Below are positions 39,670 through 53,320 of a DNA stretch of 64,000 nucleotides, in pieces. The notes under the pieces are model-generated. The model did no database searches, was not told where the DNA came from, and saw nothing but the letters and a program-made list of their open reading frames with translations. Location of the stretch: contig NC_043000.1 in assembly GCF_006345805.1 (NCBI RefSeq), positions 155,186,001 to 155,250,000 of the forward strand. Direction: 5' to 3'. The first letter of the stretch is position 1. Each line of letters starts with the position of its first letter. This DNA is from Octopus sinensis. Taxonomy: Eukaryota. The translations under genes and the position numbers were made by a program.

Positions 39670-42187
39670 ATATATTATAGATATATATACATATAGATTC
39701 GTTCTTTTACACTTTTGAAAATTCATACCTATAAAGTCACGCATTAGATAAAATCAATCACAAAATATTGATAAAAAGTTTAATCTCCATGGTAATTCAT
39801 CTCTATACAATATTGAAGAACTTTATAACATTCTGCGTGATTGGAACAAAGCCCATTTTAGGAACAGTAAGTCAGAATTTTGTTCCATTTAATATCGATT
39901 TGACTGGAGTAGATACAAGATCTTATGTCAGAATGTTTTGATCTCCATATATTTTTATAGAGCAATATCTGTGTGCATGGAACGGAGAATTAAAATTATG
40001 TCACGAACTTTGTTCATCGGAAGTTCAACTCATACTTTGTAGCGCTTAAAATCCTTTCGAGAAAGATACTCTTTGTGGGATCCCCTCACCAGAGTATGCT
40101 GAGGCTGATGTAGCTGGTTGATGTAGTAACAAAAGATTAATTGGGAAGGAGAATAAAAAGTTTAGTACGGGGTGTGGGTGGGTGAGACACATGAGTATTG
40201 ATGTTAAATAGTGATGTGATGGGCGCATTAAGTGAGACTGAATGGCTTGCCTTACTATATTTCTAGATAGTGATTTTTTTTTCAAAACTTACTACATCGA
40301 CAAAATTTTGGAAGATGAGAAATAAAATGTGAGATGTTTGTTCATGACTGTGATAGGTCCAAAATGAAGAGACATATCATTGCAGTGGAAAATCTAATGT
40401 CTAAATTAGAGTGGGTTGTAATTTACATGGAGGACGTGTACGACCAAATGACTTGGCTACTGCATGATAATTCATGTCTATATGTATATATGAGCACCCC
40501 GCACACAAACCACCATTGGCACGTGACTATACTTATGTGAAACACCAGACTTTCTAATCAACGCCATTTTATCAGTCATATCTGTCATACGCTATAGTAA
40601 GCCATTCCACTATACTCAACCAAATTTTTCTCGTTCTCAGACTGTGCGGTATCTCGGATCTTGATATTTCACACTCCAGTTTAGCCAGTTAGCAATAAAT
40701 CCCACTTAGGAATAATTCACTATTATGTGCTGTAGCAAATATGGTTCTGCATGACTATGAAATGTTTCATTAACTTTTATGGCAAATTTCAACTTTGTCT
40801 GTTAACATATTTTTAAAAAGTGATAGTCTGCTTTAGAGTCTTTTTCTTTAGATATACTATATTAAGATGCACCAATAATACTCTGCTGTAGATTAGAGGA
40901 TAATTTATGAAAGAGAGAAATTTTCGAACAAATTTTCACTTTTAGATATTTCAAATTTATGCGATGAGGAAAGTTATCAATTTCTCAATTCTGTCTAACC
41001 TGAAGAAGATAGTAAACGAATTCAATATTCTCAATCAAATTTAGTGCGACATTCAGAACCATAGCAAGTTACAAACAAAATTAGATATGCCAGGAAGTAA
41101 GAAAAGCCCTTGAAAATCAATAATCATATTGAGCCCTCAGTGATCATAGCGCGAGTGAATGAACAAGGTTTCGGTGGTGACGATGAGTTGAGATAATGTC
41201 TCCCTAGCATAGGAAATGTGTTTTTCCTAGTAACATTTAGGAAGACATTCTTGCAATTACTTACCATTGCAGTATCAGATGAGATACGAAGAACATTCGT
41301 GTTCGGATGTGAAAATAAAGGGATAACCGAAAAGGGGAATATTTACACGATCTGCTTGAAATAGAAGACGAATATTACTGCAAATCCCAATCTGGTGGTG
41401 GTCAATCTCCATCAGTCTCGAAGATTGGGACTCAGTTATCTGAACTGAATTATCTGTCCCCGAATTAAAATACTTGTGGCAAAGCATTCCACTGACACAT
41501 GCACCCCTAATATAATGCTGAGGTAAAATCAGTATGACTGGAGTGTGTGGTGAAGCTGTGCCATTTCAATTACAGGTACCTTCTAGAATTTCCAGTTAGC
41601 CTATTTCACTCACAAGGTATGGGTTAACAATGCGCCTAAAACTCGCCAATATGCCGTCTAACAAAAAATCAGAAAGAGCATATTTGATAAGTCTTGAATA
41701 TACTATACGTGAAAAGGAATTGGCAGTTATAACCACTTTAAGAGAATTGACACAGGGTTAAACAACAACAGCTAAGGCTTTAGATCTGGCTTGACCTCAG
41801 GAGCCTAGAGAGAGTAGCGCATCAATGTATGTATCCAGTACGTCTATTGTCTACTGATATAGTACACTGCTGAAATATCTAATCTGACAGGGAATTATCA
41901 GTTTCTGACTGATCGGAGAAAAATATTTTCAAATTTCTTTACTCACCCCTCTTCGCTATGTTTTGTTTTTATTTTCCTTATTCTATTTTGCAACGTACAA
42001 ACTATTTTGTGCAGACTGTTCTTTGTTAGTAGACGCCGGCAGAGTTAGCTGTGGTCCGTATTTTCGATTCCCAACGACATGGACAGGTGTCTTTTTATTG
42101 TAGCCTCACACGAAACAATGCTTGGTTAGTGATATTTTGTGCGAAGACTATTTTACACGTACAACCACGCATTTCCACGCACACACA

Positions 42188-42235
<48 letters not shown>

Positions 42236-42307
42236 ATAATAATAGATATACTCCGGTTTAAAGCGACATTTTAAATTTAAATAATTGACTGAGAAATTGT
42301 GAACTAA

Positions 42308-42385
42308 TCCAGGCCTGAATCGAACCCACATATTAACGCTAATACGGCTCCATGCGCATCCAATTGGGCCAAACGGTCACCCCTC
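42308..42385 (-). pseudogene. Degenerate tRNA-like (Arg-like) head, pseudo-tRNA or SINE relic
   Basis: TGGCCCAATTGGAT (A box) and GGTTCGATTC (B box) are at tRNA-like spacing, but the cloverleaf arms are broken. Confidence 0.4.
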
Positions 42386-42927
42386 AATTTCAACCAATTT
42401 CTATGAATATATACTTTAACTGCCCCATACTATATATATTTGTAAACAAACCCGAAGGCTTTGTACGTTATGGAGAAAAGTGACTATGGAAGACTATTAG
42501 TACAATAATAACTATAGAATAATATATAATCATAATAATACATACAAATGTAAGATACAAAGATCGAGGTGTACGAAGAAAGTTAGCTTCAAGCAATCCG
42601 GAGTAAATTTCAAAAACTCCTTTCGGGAACAATACTGGTTTATTGAGGGGGAAGGTTGTGGATTTTTTTTTTGTATCGAAGTACGATAAGCAGGAAAAAA
42701 TTATTTTTATATTTCACTGTAGGCAACCAGGGTTGTCGGGTATGCGCATAAGATTCTCCCGTGTGTTAACATGTACCTCCTTGTGACAATGTGAACATTC
42801 ATTTAATTAAGATATCCTTGGCCTGATGAGTAGTCTGCTATATACTCCTGTCTTGGATATTTTCCACTTCCGAGGTTTCGCTCCCTAAGAAACATATGTA
42901 GCCCCACCTACTCCATTCCTTAACTCT

Positions 42928-42970
<43 letters not shown>

Positions 42971-45151
42971 TAGAAATTGCGAATAGATTAGTGCTCCAAG
43001 CTCCCATATTTTCTGTTCTTTATCAATCCCAATCGCACCATGGCAGTTTGGAAACCTGTAAATAATGCATGAAATCAAATAAAATTGTTTTAAAAATATT
43101 CTTTACAGAGAATGTATAGAAGATCGTTGAAATTCAAAGATTGCCCTGAGTTGGAAGGGGGACATGATATTAGCATATGTTAGTGCGCTTTTAAGAATAG
43201 AGCAATGGATGCTGTCACGCGTATAATATTTCAAGGCGTAAGTTGAGTGGAATGGTTTAAACCAGTTATCAAATGAATGTAGCTCAGTCAACTATTTCTT
43301 CCACGGTATTCGCCACAACAGATGTAGATATAGAGTATTTTCTCTAAATCTGTTTGATATAGCTGCGAATTTTCTCTCAACTCACACTTTACTATCGTTA
43401 TGAAAAATGAAGGTTATCTGAAATAAATTATACCTGAAATGATGGGATTGTCACGGATGGAATGTCTTTCATTATTTGTCATCTTGATCATTGATGACCT
43501 AGGGCTAAATAACAAAGCATGTTTGTCTCATATTATAGTTTAAATTCTTAAATCGATTAGCAATGCTTGAAGACGAATTACAAATTACAGGTTTTATGAT
43601 ATAATTTAACTTCTTAACTTGTCACACAAGAACGCCATTGCTTTTTAAGAAGATAGCTACAGTATATTAAATGAGTCAAAACATATACAAAGTAGTTCTT
43701 GTAACGGTTCCAGGGAGATGAGTAGCGAAGTAAATTCTGTCGGGAACGGAAAGTAGAGCTTTGAGAATTGAAACTATAAATTTGCAAGTGAGAAATCAAC
43801 GTTCAATCATTTCTGTCACATTACTACTTACCAGCCAAATATTATTAAAATTTCAATTATATCATGAAAATACCGCGTATTTTTTTAATGAATTATTCAT
43901 ATGACTAAGGTGGCAGCGCTTCATTTCACTGGGCAAACTACGCATCATGTAAGTAATACTTCAGCCTTTATATATAAGTATTTAGATATCACTCATTCCT
44001 TCATTTGAGAGTTTACCATAAAAATTAACTGTCTGTACTCTAACGTCTAATGCTGTAAACTCAACCTTATGTACACTAAAGAACCGGTCGATGATTACCG
44101 TCCATAAAACATAGAGAATTATTATTATTATTGCTATGAAATTAGAAGCTATGCACGTGTTTCATAAAAAAGCTAATTTAATAAAAAGAAAGTCTGCTAA
44201 TGAAACAGAAGCCAAAATTAACCGTGTTTGCACGAACAGCAAATTCACCAAGTAACACACTATTGTTATATATGACGAGAGAAAGAAAAAAATCAACACT
44301 AAATAAAATTTAGAAGACCACTCGTTACCGCTAATACGTAACTCTATAAACATGCTAAAATGAATGGCGTTTTGTATCAAGGGAAAATACAAATTAGCTT
44401 ACGCCCTGAACAGCGCATCTAATTAGTAACACCTTTAATTCAATTTCGCTAATACTATGCTTCTTATACACACATTCACATACACGTACGTGCACGTGCA
44501 TACTTACACACACAGACAAATTTATATGAATTTATTTGTTTCTATGTTCTTGTGTATGAACGTGCACTTGTACAGTTTATAGGGCAACGTAGTACCATCA
44601 AATATATCAATGGTCCGTTCGTTGTCATAGGCGTTGCGACGCTTCTCTATCAAAAGCATTAAATCCTTAATGTCAGCTAGTCTGTAATTAGATAGCCAGT
44701 AATGATATAAAGGGTATTGCTATGTATCTTACCAGCGGTAGGGGTACTGTAAATATGAGCATTGTTTGGTCTCAGTTTTCAGTGCTGTGTTCAACTTCAA
44801 ACTATCCTTGAGTACAGCTTCGGTTGTTAGAATGGATGACTCACGCCAGGCTTTCATGGTCGCGTTTAGACAGACAATTACTATCCATGGTACAAAACGT
44901 GAAGACAAAAATCTTCACTCATACTTTATGACACACACACACACATGCATAAACACACGCGCGCGCAGGCGCACATACACATAAACGCATACATTCACCC
45001 ATATATAGACATATACATACATGCATTCACGTACATCAGCGTCGGATGAAAGAACTGGCAGAAACCTGGCTTCAGACGCTGTAGCATGATGGCTTCTACT
45101 TTGAATACTAGGCTGCTTTTCTTGTTATTTGACGAATAAAGAATACAATAC

Positions 45152-45280
<129 letters not shown>

Positions 45281-45296
45281 GAGATAGATAGATATA

Positions 45297-45459
45297 GGCG
45301 CAGGAGTGGCTGTATGGTAAGTAGCTTGCTTACCAACCACATGGTTGCGGGTTCATTCCCACTGCGTAGCACCTTGGGCAAGTGTTTTCTACTATAGCCT
45401 CGGGCAGACCAAAGCCTTGTGAGTGGATTTGGTAGACGGAAACTGGAAGAAGCCCGTCG

Positions 45460-45492
<33 letters not shown>

Positions 45493-45656
45493 AACCGATG
45501 CTGGTGTATTTACGTCCCTTTACTTAGCGGTTCAGCAAAAGAGACCCATAGAATAAGTATTGGGCTTACAAAGAATAAGTCCCGGGGTCGATTTGTTCGA
45601 CTAAAGGCGGTGCTCCAGCATGGCCGCAGTCAAAATGACTGAAACAAGTAAAAGAG
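45297..45656 (+). mobile_element. SINE family B, near full length
   Basis: GGCGCAGGAGTGGCTGTATGGTAAG head, GGTTCATTCC B box, CACCTTGGGCAAGTG CORE-like motif, (TA)n linker, GTAAAAGAG tail. Confidence 0.9.
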
Positions 45657-46051
45657 TATATATACACACACATCTTGGTCTATTATTATTTGTACCAAAA
45701 TATTGTAATGAGCATGTGATGTTCTTGACTATATTTTTTCTTTATAATAGTTATGGATAATTATTTCAGAATATTATATTTTGGGGCGTTTTATTACAAC
45801 CACGTTCGACAACTAGTATTCAATTTTGCCCATATCTGGCCTTATATTATGTATGTTAGTCTTCTTGGAAATGGTAATACAATACATTAGGACTTTCTTT
45901 AGATATTTGTAATAAATCTACTGTGACAGTCTTGATTTTCTATAGAATTATGTAAGAGCAAAACCTGAATTTTATGGCAGTTTCTGACGGAAGTCTTCTA
46001 ATACTGCTGTTTCTCTCATCCATTTATTAAATTATTATTATTATCATTATG

Positions 46052-46186
46052 TTTTTTCCTTCTTTCTTCAAATTTTCTTCCGTTTCTCGCCGAGTGTTTT
46101 CCATACACCTAGGACAGAGAAGCTCATTGTATGCATTCCCAGATTACACACGCAAATTCACAGACAAAATATGTATTTAAAAATTT
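46052..46186 (-). mobile_element. 3' UTR-only fragment of an R4/Dong family 2-like element
   Basis: TTCAAATTT.CTTCC.TTTCT.GCCGAGTGT.TTCC...CCTAGG.CA.AGAA.CTCAT.GTAT.CATT matches 60181-60255. (ATT)n on both sides. Confidence 0.65.
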
Positions 46187-46735
46187 ATTATTATTATTAT
46201 CATTGTGCGTTTCAGTTTTGCTTTAATTTATATGAGTTGCACTTAAGTTTCAGCCAGAGACGTCAAAGGACGACAAGATTTTGCATCTGAAGATGCTAAC
46301 AGGTAACGTACAATACAATTGAAAGCAATGATATTTGAATTAAGTTGCCTTTACATGGAGAGGATATGTAAAGAACTCATACGTATGTTCTCTTGTAATA
46401 CGCTTACTTTGGGGCTACCAGAGATTTGGTCTACATATTTCTATGCTGCTCTTCCAAGGGCCTCAATAATAATAATAGGTAATCTTCTTGTCTTTTGATG
46501 TCGCGTTCTTCCGATTTCACTCTGCAGATTCTTATACTTGCTGAGTTTTTATCGGTTGGGACCGCAGCATCAGTCAAAGAAGAATTTTTTTCAATAAGAT
46601 TTTTGAGACTGAGATCTTTGACTGTATTTCCTGATCAGTCTAAACAGTGAATTCGAAAGAATGGTAAACTTCGGCATTCTGAGTAACTAGTGGTTGTTTT
46701 TGGTCCTACCGATTTATTATTTTCTTTTTCCTTAG

Positions 46736-46878
46736 GCCACACTTTTGGATAATGGAATGTATGAACCTATTTGGTATTGCATCGAATGTTGAACGATTGC
46801 TCGGAAAAAGTAGGGCGAATTGGAGGACGGACCTGATAGCATACGGAAGAAGTTTAGGGACAGTAGAAATCAGGAGAC
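46736..46878 (+). pseudogene. R4/Dong-type RT fragment
   Basis: PHFWIMECMNLFGIASNVERLLGKSRANWRTDLIAYGRSLGTVEIRR resembles the PHSWI..CL...W.T.L...I.RG segment between RT domains 3 and 4. (ATT)n follows about 20 bp later. Confidence 0.7.
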
Positions 46879-46909
46879 TTCCAAAGAGACTGCCTGATTA
46901 TTATTATTA

Positions 46910-46936
<27 letters not shown>

Positions 46937-46956
<20 letters not shown>

Positions 46957-48077
46957 GGGCGCCGGCGAAAACGAACTGGCTAATCTGTTCCGGAGGACTT
47001 TCCGGTTGGGAACTATCATGGATAATTTCCGAAGCGCTACCGATTCGAGATAAACTCTACAGGCACGGTTGTGCTGTGAAACGGACTTACCCGAGGAGCG
47101 CGCAGTGACGAAACCGTTCTGCACGCTCTCGTTCAGTGTCCGGGTATTGCTGACATGAGGAGTTATGTCTAACAGCTACTGTCATGTGTGGAAGGGATTT
47201 GTCTGTCGGCCGAGCCTGTAGTGATGATTGGCCCGCTACTCTCCTTCAATCAGGCAGGCAAGGCAGTTTTCCTTTGCCTGGTGGCTGCGGTGAAAGAGGT
47301 TGTTTGGTAGACAAGACTGAAAGGCTTGAAGACACATACATTGCTCTTTGGTAGAGCTCTCATTGACTTCTTCAAGTTTAATTTGAAAAGGAAATTGACA
47401 GAGGAGAAGGAAGTGTTGTCTTCGAGTGAGTTTATTGAAAGGAGGGTGAAAGTTCCGAAAATGACAAGTGTGGATGGTACCTCCTTCAGTGTAGACCTGT
47501 AAGTCGGAGAGAAGGAATTGGAGAGAGCATTTGCTGATAGGGTTTCAGGGAATACCAACAATCTCTTGTTTTCAGTATCATTGTATGGACACGCAGAGTT
47601 GATTGATTACCGATTGATTAAGGCGGCGAGCTGGCAGAAACGTTAGCACGCCGGGCGAAATGCTTAGCGGTATTTCGTCTGCGTTACGTTGTGAGTTCAA
47701 ATTCCGCCGAGGTCGACTTTGCCTTTCATCCTTTCGGGGTCGATAAATTTAGTACCAGTTACGCACTTAATACCTATGTCTGTCCTTGTTTGTCCCCTCT
47801 GTGTTTAGCCCCTTGTGGGTAATAAAGAAATAGGTATTCAGGGAAATCTCAGACAGTAGGGTTCCTCGATTATTCCTCTGTATGACGGGGACTACATTTC
47901 TATCGTCCTCAGCCTCTGCTTTTTAAAAACCTTTTGCTTACCATGCATATGCCCCTTCTTTTTCAGTGTATACTCTGTATACTTACTTTTTTATCATTTC
48001 CTTATATGTAACCCCCCACACTTTGTGTCTGTTTTTGTATTGTCTCCCTCATCCTTTGTCCTTGTGGCAAATAAATG
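46937..48077 (+). mobile_element. 3' portion of an L1/Tx1-like LINE (zf-RVT-type C-terminus and 3' UTR), interrupted by a SINE
   Basis: ALPIRDKLYRHG...SDETVLHALVQCP...VKEVVW*TRLKG...DL* (ends 47481). 3' UTR ends CTTGTGGCAAATAAATGA. (ATT)n on both sides. Confidence 0.75.
47620..47836 (+). mobile_element. SINE family A monomer inside the Tx1-like 3' UTR
   Basis: AAGGCGGCGAGCTGGCAGAAACGTTAG head, one unit with a small deletion, ends AAAGAAATAGGTA. Confidence 0.9.
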
Positions 48078-48955
48078 ATATTATTATTATTATTATCATT
48101 ATTGCCAATATGTTATGTTGTCTAGAATTTGCAATTTATGATTGGCATTTGTTTGCATTCATATCCATGTTCTAAGAATTTCCATTATGTTACACACTAA
48201 TTATGTTTCTGTTTTGTATTGACCTAGTGACCAATAGTAAAATTATCATCATCATCATTATTTTTATTGTTATTTTAATCCTCTTCAGCAGCATTATTAT
48301 TACTATTATGAATGCAAGATTCTGCAATCTCTTGTTTTCAGTATCGTTGTATGGACACGCAGAGCCGATTGATTACCGAGACATCTATTGTTTCATAGAA
48401 ACAAATCTTTGGTATTGCTGAGATAAGGAGATTTGCAGCACTGTTTGCTTTCAAACATGTTTAGTTGGTACTGACGAAACCCTCACCCAGTCGGGTATAA
48501 ATTTGTCTCAAAATTATTTTCCGAAGTAGATTATCTGTCTCTGTTTCTATCTATCTGTCTACTTTGCACTATTCTTTCATTTTTTTCTGTCCTATATGGC
48601 ATCATGGGTTTCCGAATACTTTCCTATTAAGAAGTTAATTGCTTAAACCTTCTCACTGTACAGGAATACGTGTTTTATACCTGGATTCGAATGTAATTAA
48701 ACTTCCTCCTAATTACTTCTGTATGGTGCGTAATTGTATATAAATCATCGATAATAATGTAGTGAAGAATATTTGAATTGTAAATTAAAATATTAACCAA
48801 GAAGGCTTACGTTTTAAACTATCTACAAGTATAAAGAACAGTTTTGAGAAGTGTTACAAAATAATTAATTAATCATTAAGTGTTAGTATTAGATTGTAGC
48901 TGCTACCAAAGCACACATATACACTTTATATCATATATATCTTTTATTCATTACT

Positions 48956-49000
<45 letters not shown>

Positions 49001-49368
49001 GGGGGGGGGGAGAAATCGTGGTATACCTCAGTACTTAAGTTTCTGTGTCAACGGTACGATAATAGTCGCACTTTTCCAAATGTAGCAAGTCTAGTGAGTG
49101 CGGCATCGTCAATTACATGTTTTTAATTGATGGTGCCATGTGCCTACAACAGCAGCTGAAGAGGTGTATGCATATATATATATATATATATATGTACCTG
49201 ACCCTTCTTCACTCCCCCCACTGCTTCTTTAATTCTTGTCATAGTATTCCCACCTAGTCTAAATACATTTCAACCTTTTTTCTCTCTTACTGACTATTTT
49301 ATATTCTTACTTCGTCTATGAAGGACTAACGTCCAAAATGTTAATACACTTTCTCCTTCCAATATTGC

Positions 49369-49403
<35 letters not shown>

Positions 49404-49521
49404 CCACAGACATACATTATGCATTGTTATAAATCCGTCTAATAAAGGCCCGAAACATATGTACCGCTGAATTCTTGGCGTCATGTTTTTATTTTGATTA
49501 ATATATATATATATATATATA

Positions 49522-50475
49522 GGTGAGAAAGTTGGTGTGTGAAAGCACGTGGTTGAATATATAGAAAATAGTAAAAAGTGAAAAAACTACAGAAGGCTTG
49601 TTTTAAAAGGTTAACAAATATATTTGAGTCATTATGTCAGAAGAATGTTATAAAATTTTTTCATACAGTGACATAGTTTTTGAAGAAATTACCGGTTTCG
49701 TGTTAACTTTTCAAATTTCTCAAAACATCGCGTTATGACTTCGTTGTGAAGTGCAAAGAAGAGTTCCAGGTAGGGGGATGTAATAAGCGATTTTTTCCGG
49801 TATAACGAAGACATAACGCGATGTTTTGAGAAATTGAAAAGTTAACACGAAACCGGTAATTTCTTCAAAAACTGTCACTGTATGAAAAAATTTTATAACA
49901 TTCTTCTGACATAATGACTCAAATATATTTGTTAACCTTTTAAAACAAGCCTTCTGTAGTTTTTTCACTTTTTACTATTATATATATATATATATATATA
50001 ATATATATATATATATAGGTGAGAAAGTTGGTGTGTGAAAGCACGTGGTTGAATATATAGAAAATAGTAAAAAGTGAAAAAACTACAGAAGGCTTGTTTT
50101 TAAAAGGTTAACAAATATATTTGAGTCATTATGTCAGAAGAATGTTATAAAATTTTTTCATACAGTGACATAGTTTTTGAAGAAATTACCGGTTTCGTGT
50201 TAACTTTTCAAATTTCTCAAAACATCGCGTTATGACTTCGTTGTGAAGTGCAAAGAAGAGTTCCAGGTAGGGGGATGTAATAAGCGATTTTTTCCGGTAT
50301 AACGAAGACATAACGCGATGTTTTGAGAAATTTGAAAAGTTAACACGAAACCGGTAATTTCTTCAAAAACTATGTCACTGTATGAAAAAATTTTATAACA
50401 TTCTTCTGACATATTGACTCAAATATATTTGTTAACCTTTTAAAACAAGCCTTCTGTAGTTTTTTCACTTTTTAC

Positions 50476-50481
<6 letters not shown>
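49522..50481. repeat. Tandem pair (496-bp period) of long palindromic inserts with about 177-bp arms and a 58-bp spacer
   Basis: Arms at 49567-49745/49804-49979 and 50061-50242/50301-50481. Each unit is preceded by the same 45-bp lead and bounded by (TA)n. Confidence 0.92.
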
Positions 50482-50521
<40 letters not shown>

Positions 50522-51966
50522 GTCGTTTATTCTTTTGCCAATGACCATTGCTTTCTTTAGTTGATTTTAAATGTTTCTTTTCTTCTTGTACAGCTCTTAG
50601 TGTTTCCACACCGAGAAGCCCTACAAACAGAAGCATTCAAGTTGTAACAATCTCGTAATTTTCTGTCTACTGGGAATCGGGAGGAAATATACGATCCCTT
50701 AAGATTGTATATTGTAATTTACGGAAATTTGGCTAGTGTTTATAGCAAATAGACGATCAAATGATGGCTGTCACACTTTAATTAACCAACTTGTTGCTCA
50801 TTCTGTTTCCATTATGCGCTAATCTCAATACATTTCGAAGATATACAAGAAAAGCTGCTTAGGTGTATTTGCATATGTGTGTAATGTAATCTGGAATACA
50901 TATGTAGCCACAAATGTAATTAGGTTACCAAAGTTTTCGGGAATATCAGAAACATTTTCAACAAGGTTTAGACACTACCGATTGATATACAGTTAAATAT
51001 GTATAAAGTAAAAATATCTGAACTAAAAATAACAAATTTATATCGATAACTTTGCTCACTGAAAGGGTTTATTTCAAATTATTTATCATTCCTTTTTGAC
51101 CTCTTGTAGTTGATAAACAATTATATTGAATGTATGACCACCTGTTTGCTACATCAAAATATTATGGTTATTATAAAATGATATTTCAAATACTAGAATA
51201 AATTCCACATTTATTCCTAATCTGTTCTGATATGTGTCGAATATTAAGTACCGTTAAAGTGCATTGCATCCGGTTACTATTTTTCTATTTATGCATTGTT
51301 AATTCCGTAGCTATCAAACCAACTCTATATACATATATATTTTTTCATTTTGGCGTTAGATTAGCTTACAAATTAATTCGTTTTATCACATGGCGGGCGT
51401 TGCGCATCTTATTTTCATTAATGAAGATCTGTTAATCTAGTGATAGTAATTTATCATAAGGAAGTAATGATTAGATAAATATCCGTTAGGCTGGCTGATC
51501 ACTGCAAAGCAAAATTATTTAAACATTAAACAACAAAGAATATCTTATAAGAGTGAGTTTCATAATGTTTAATGTGTGGGTTTTATATGGGTTTCGAGTT
51601 ATATGAAGACATTATCTTTGTATCATGAATTTAGGCTAAGTTAGTGGAACATAGCCTCCTCCAATCTAAGCCAGTCGCAAAGGAGAATTTCAAAAACACA
51701 TTCAGAAGCAAAAGAAACGCCTTTTTTAAATTAACACTATTGATACATGAGTACGGCTGTACAACAGTATGACATCTAGTGAATGCACAATAGACTAGGT
51801 GCATGAGAGTTAGACATTTTAGAAATACAGCACTGAACACGGAGTGGGAATAGAACATAAACCTCTCAGTAGGCTGTCGTATACTCTATTTAATAAAGAA
51901 ACGTAAGAAACACCGCTAAACGTTTTTCACGACACAAGAACGGTTCCTTAAGCTGATATATATAAC

Positions 51967-52075
51967 GGTTTCAAATTTTGGCATAAGGCCAGCAATTTTG
52001 GGAATGGGGGAGTCGATTATTTCGACCCCAGTATTCGACTTATTTTATTGACCCTGTAAAGATAAAAAGCAAGTT
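51967..52075 (-). mobile_element. SINE family A 3' fragment
   Basis: GGTTTCAAATTTTGGCATAAGGCCAGCAATTTTGGG...AGTCGATTATTTCGACCCCAG. Confidence 0.7.
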
Positions 52076-52079
52076 GGAG

Positions 52080-52652
52080 AAGTTCTAATATATCCCAGGG
52101 CCGTTTTCACGAGTGATGGAAGGCAGGAGGCTGAATTAAGTGAAGAAGGGGTGTAGTGTAAAAGCCAAACTCACTATCTTCAGTTCGCTGGTTGTCCCTA
52201 TCCTTAGCTATGGTCATGAATCTCGAGTAATGACCGAAAGAATGCGATCGCGAATACCAGCGGCCGAAATGAAGTTTTGCTGTAGGGTCTATGGAATAAC
52301 GTTACTACATAGAAAGCATACTTTGGAAATCGGAGATGCACTCCTTTTAAAGCCACCACTTCTCCGAAATTGAGAGATCGCATCTCCAATACTATAGGCA
52401 TGTGATAAGAATGTCTCAGGAAAGAATTACTGGACGGGTTTTATGGGAAAACCAACCGATTGGAGACTCAGAAGTAGACTACAAGCAAGATGGCTGGATA
52501 ACATCCATGAGCTCGATTATTCTTGCTTGGGGAACCAGTCGGATCAACTGGAGACGGTTGCGTCAGACAAGTCCCGATGGAAAGCGTGTTTGGGGGACTC
52601 TATCTCCACGACCCTATCAGTAAATGAGTTGGTGAACAAGATGCGATGAGAT
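52080..52652 (+). pseudogene. RTE-clade (Rex3/Expander-like) LINE C-terminal fragment
   Basis: VFTSDGRQEAE...KAKLTIFSSLVVPILSYGHE...AAEMKF...IERSHLQYYRHVIRM...ARWLDNI...LSPRP. Frameshifted. Confidence 0.8.
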
Positions 52653-53025
52653 GCGAACAGACTCCTAAATTTCCAATCTGCATGCTTTACTGTCGATAAT
52701 AATTTTTTCAAAATATAAAATAAAACACTTAATTACATTGATTATATACTTGATAACTCAGGTACCACCTTCAGTCAGAGTGTATTTAAGTACGTTTACT
52801 ATCAATAGTCATATATCTAATTTTTATGTGTTAGAAGCATATTCGATATCGCTCATTTGGAAATGTAGGATTGACGTATTTTACTTGATTTAAAACCACA
52901 TATCTTAAGGTTATATTTTGTGTATCTGTTACAAACTTGCTGATAGTTTGTATACTTATGACAGTTCATAACATATTTAAGATATTGTATGTCACTGTTT
53001 AAAGAAATATTTTTCTCCCCAAATG

Positions 53026-53261
53026 TTTTACTCTCTCTCTTTCTCTTTTACTCTTTTACTTGTTTCAGTCATTTGACTTCGGCCATGCTGGAGCACCGCC
53101 TTTAGTCGATCAAATCGACCCCGGGACTTATTCTTTGTAAGCCCAGTACTTATTCTATCGGGTCTGTTTTGCCGAACCGCTAAGTGATGGGGACGTAAAC
53201 ACACCAGCATCGGTTGTCAAGCAATGCTAGGGGGACAAACACAGACACACAAACACACACG

Positions 53262-53295
<34 letters not shown>

Positions 53296-53320
53296 TACGA
53301 CAGGCTTCTTTCAGTTTCCG
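53026..53320 (-). mobile_element. SINE family B, 5'-truncated, with (TAAAAGAG)n tail
   Basis: Matches the 3' two-thirds of 45297-45656. Confidence 0.85.

Noticed and set aside
41265-44900. Scattered strong GTAAG donors with short open frames (41264 minus, 43108-43236 plus, 44590-44860 minus)
   Set aside because: They could not be chained into a consistent frame. For example, the two 44.7-kb minus segments splice to a TGA, and such signals are expected by chance in AT-rich DNA.
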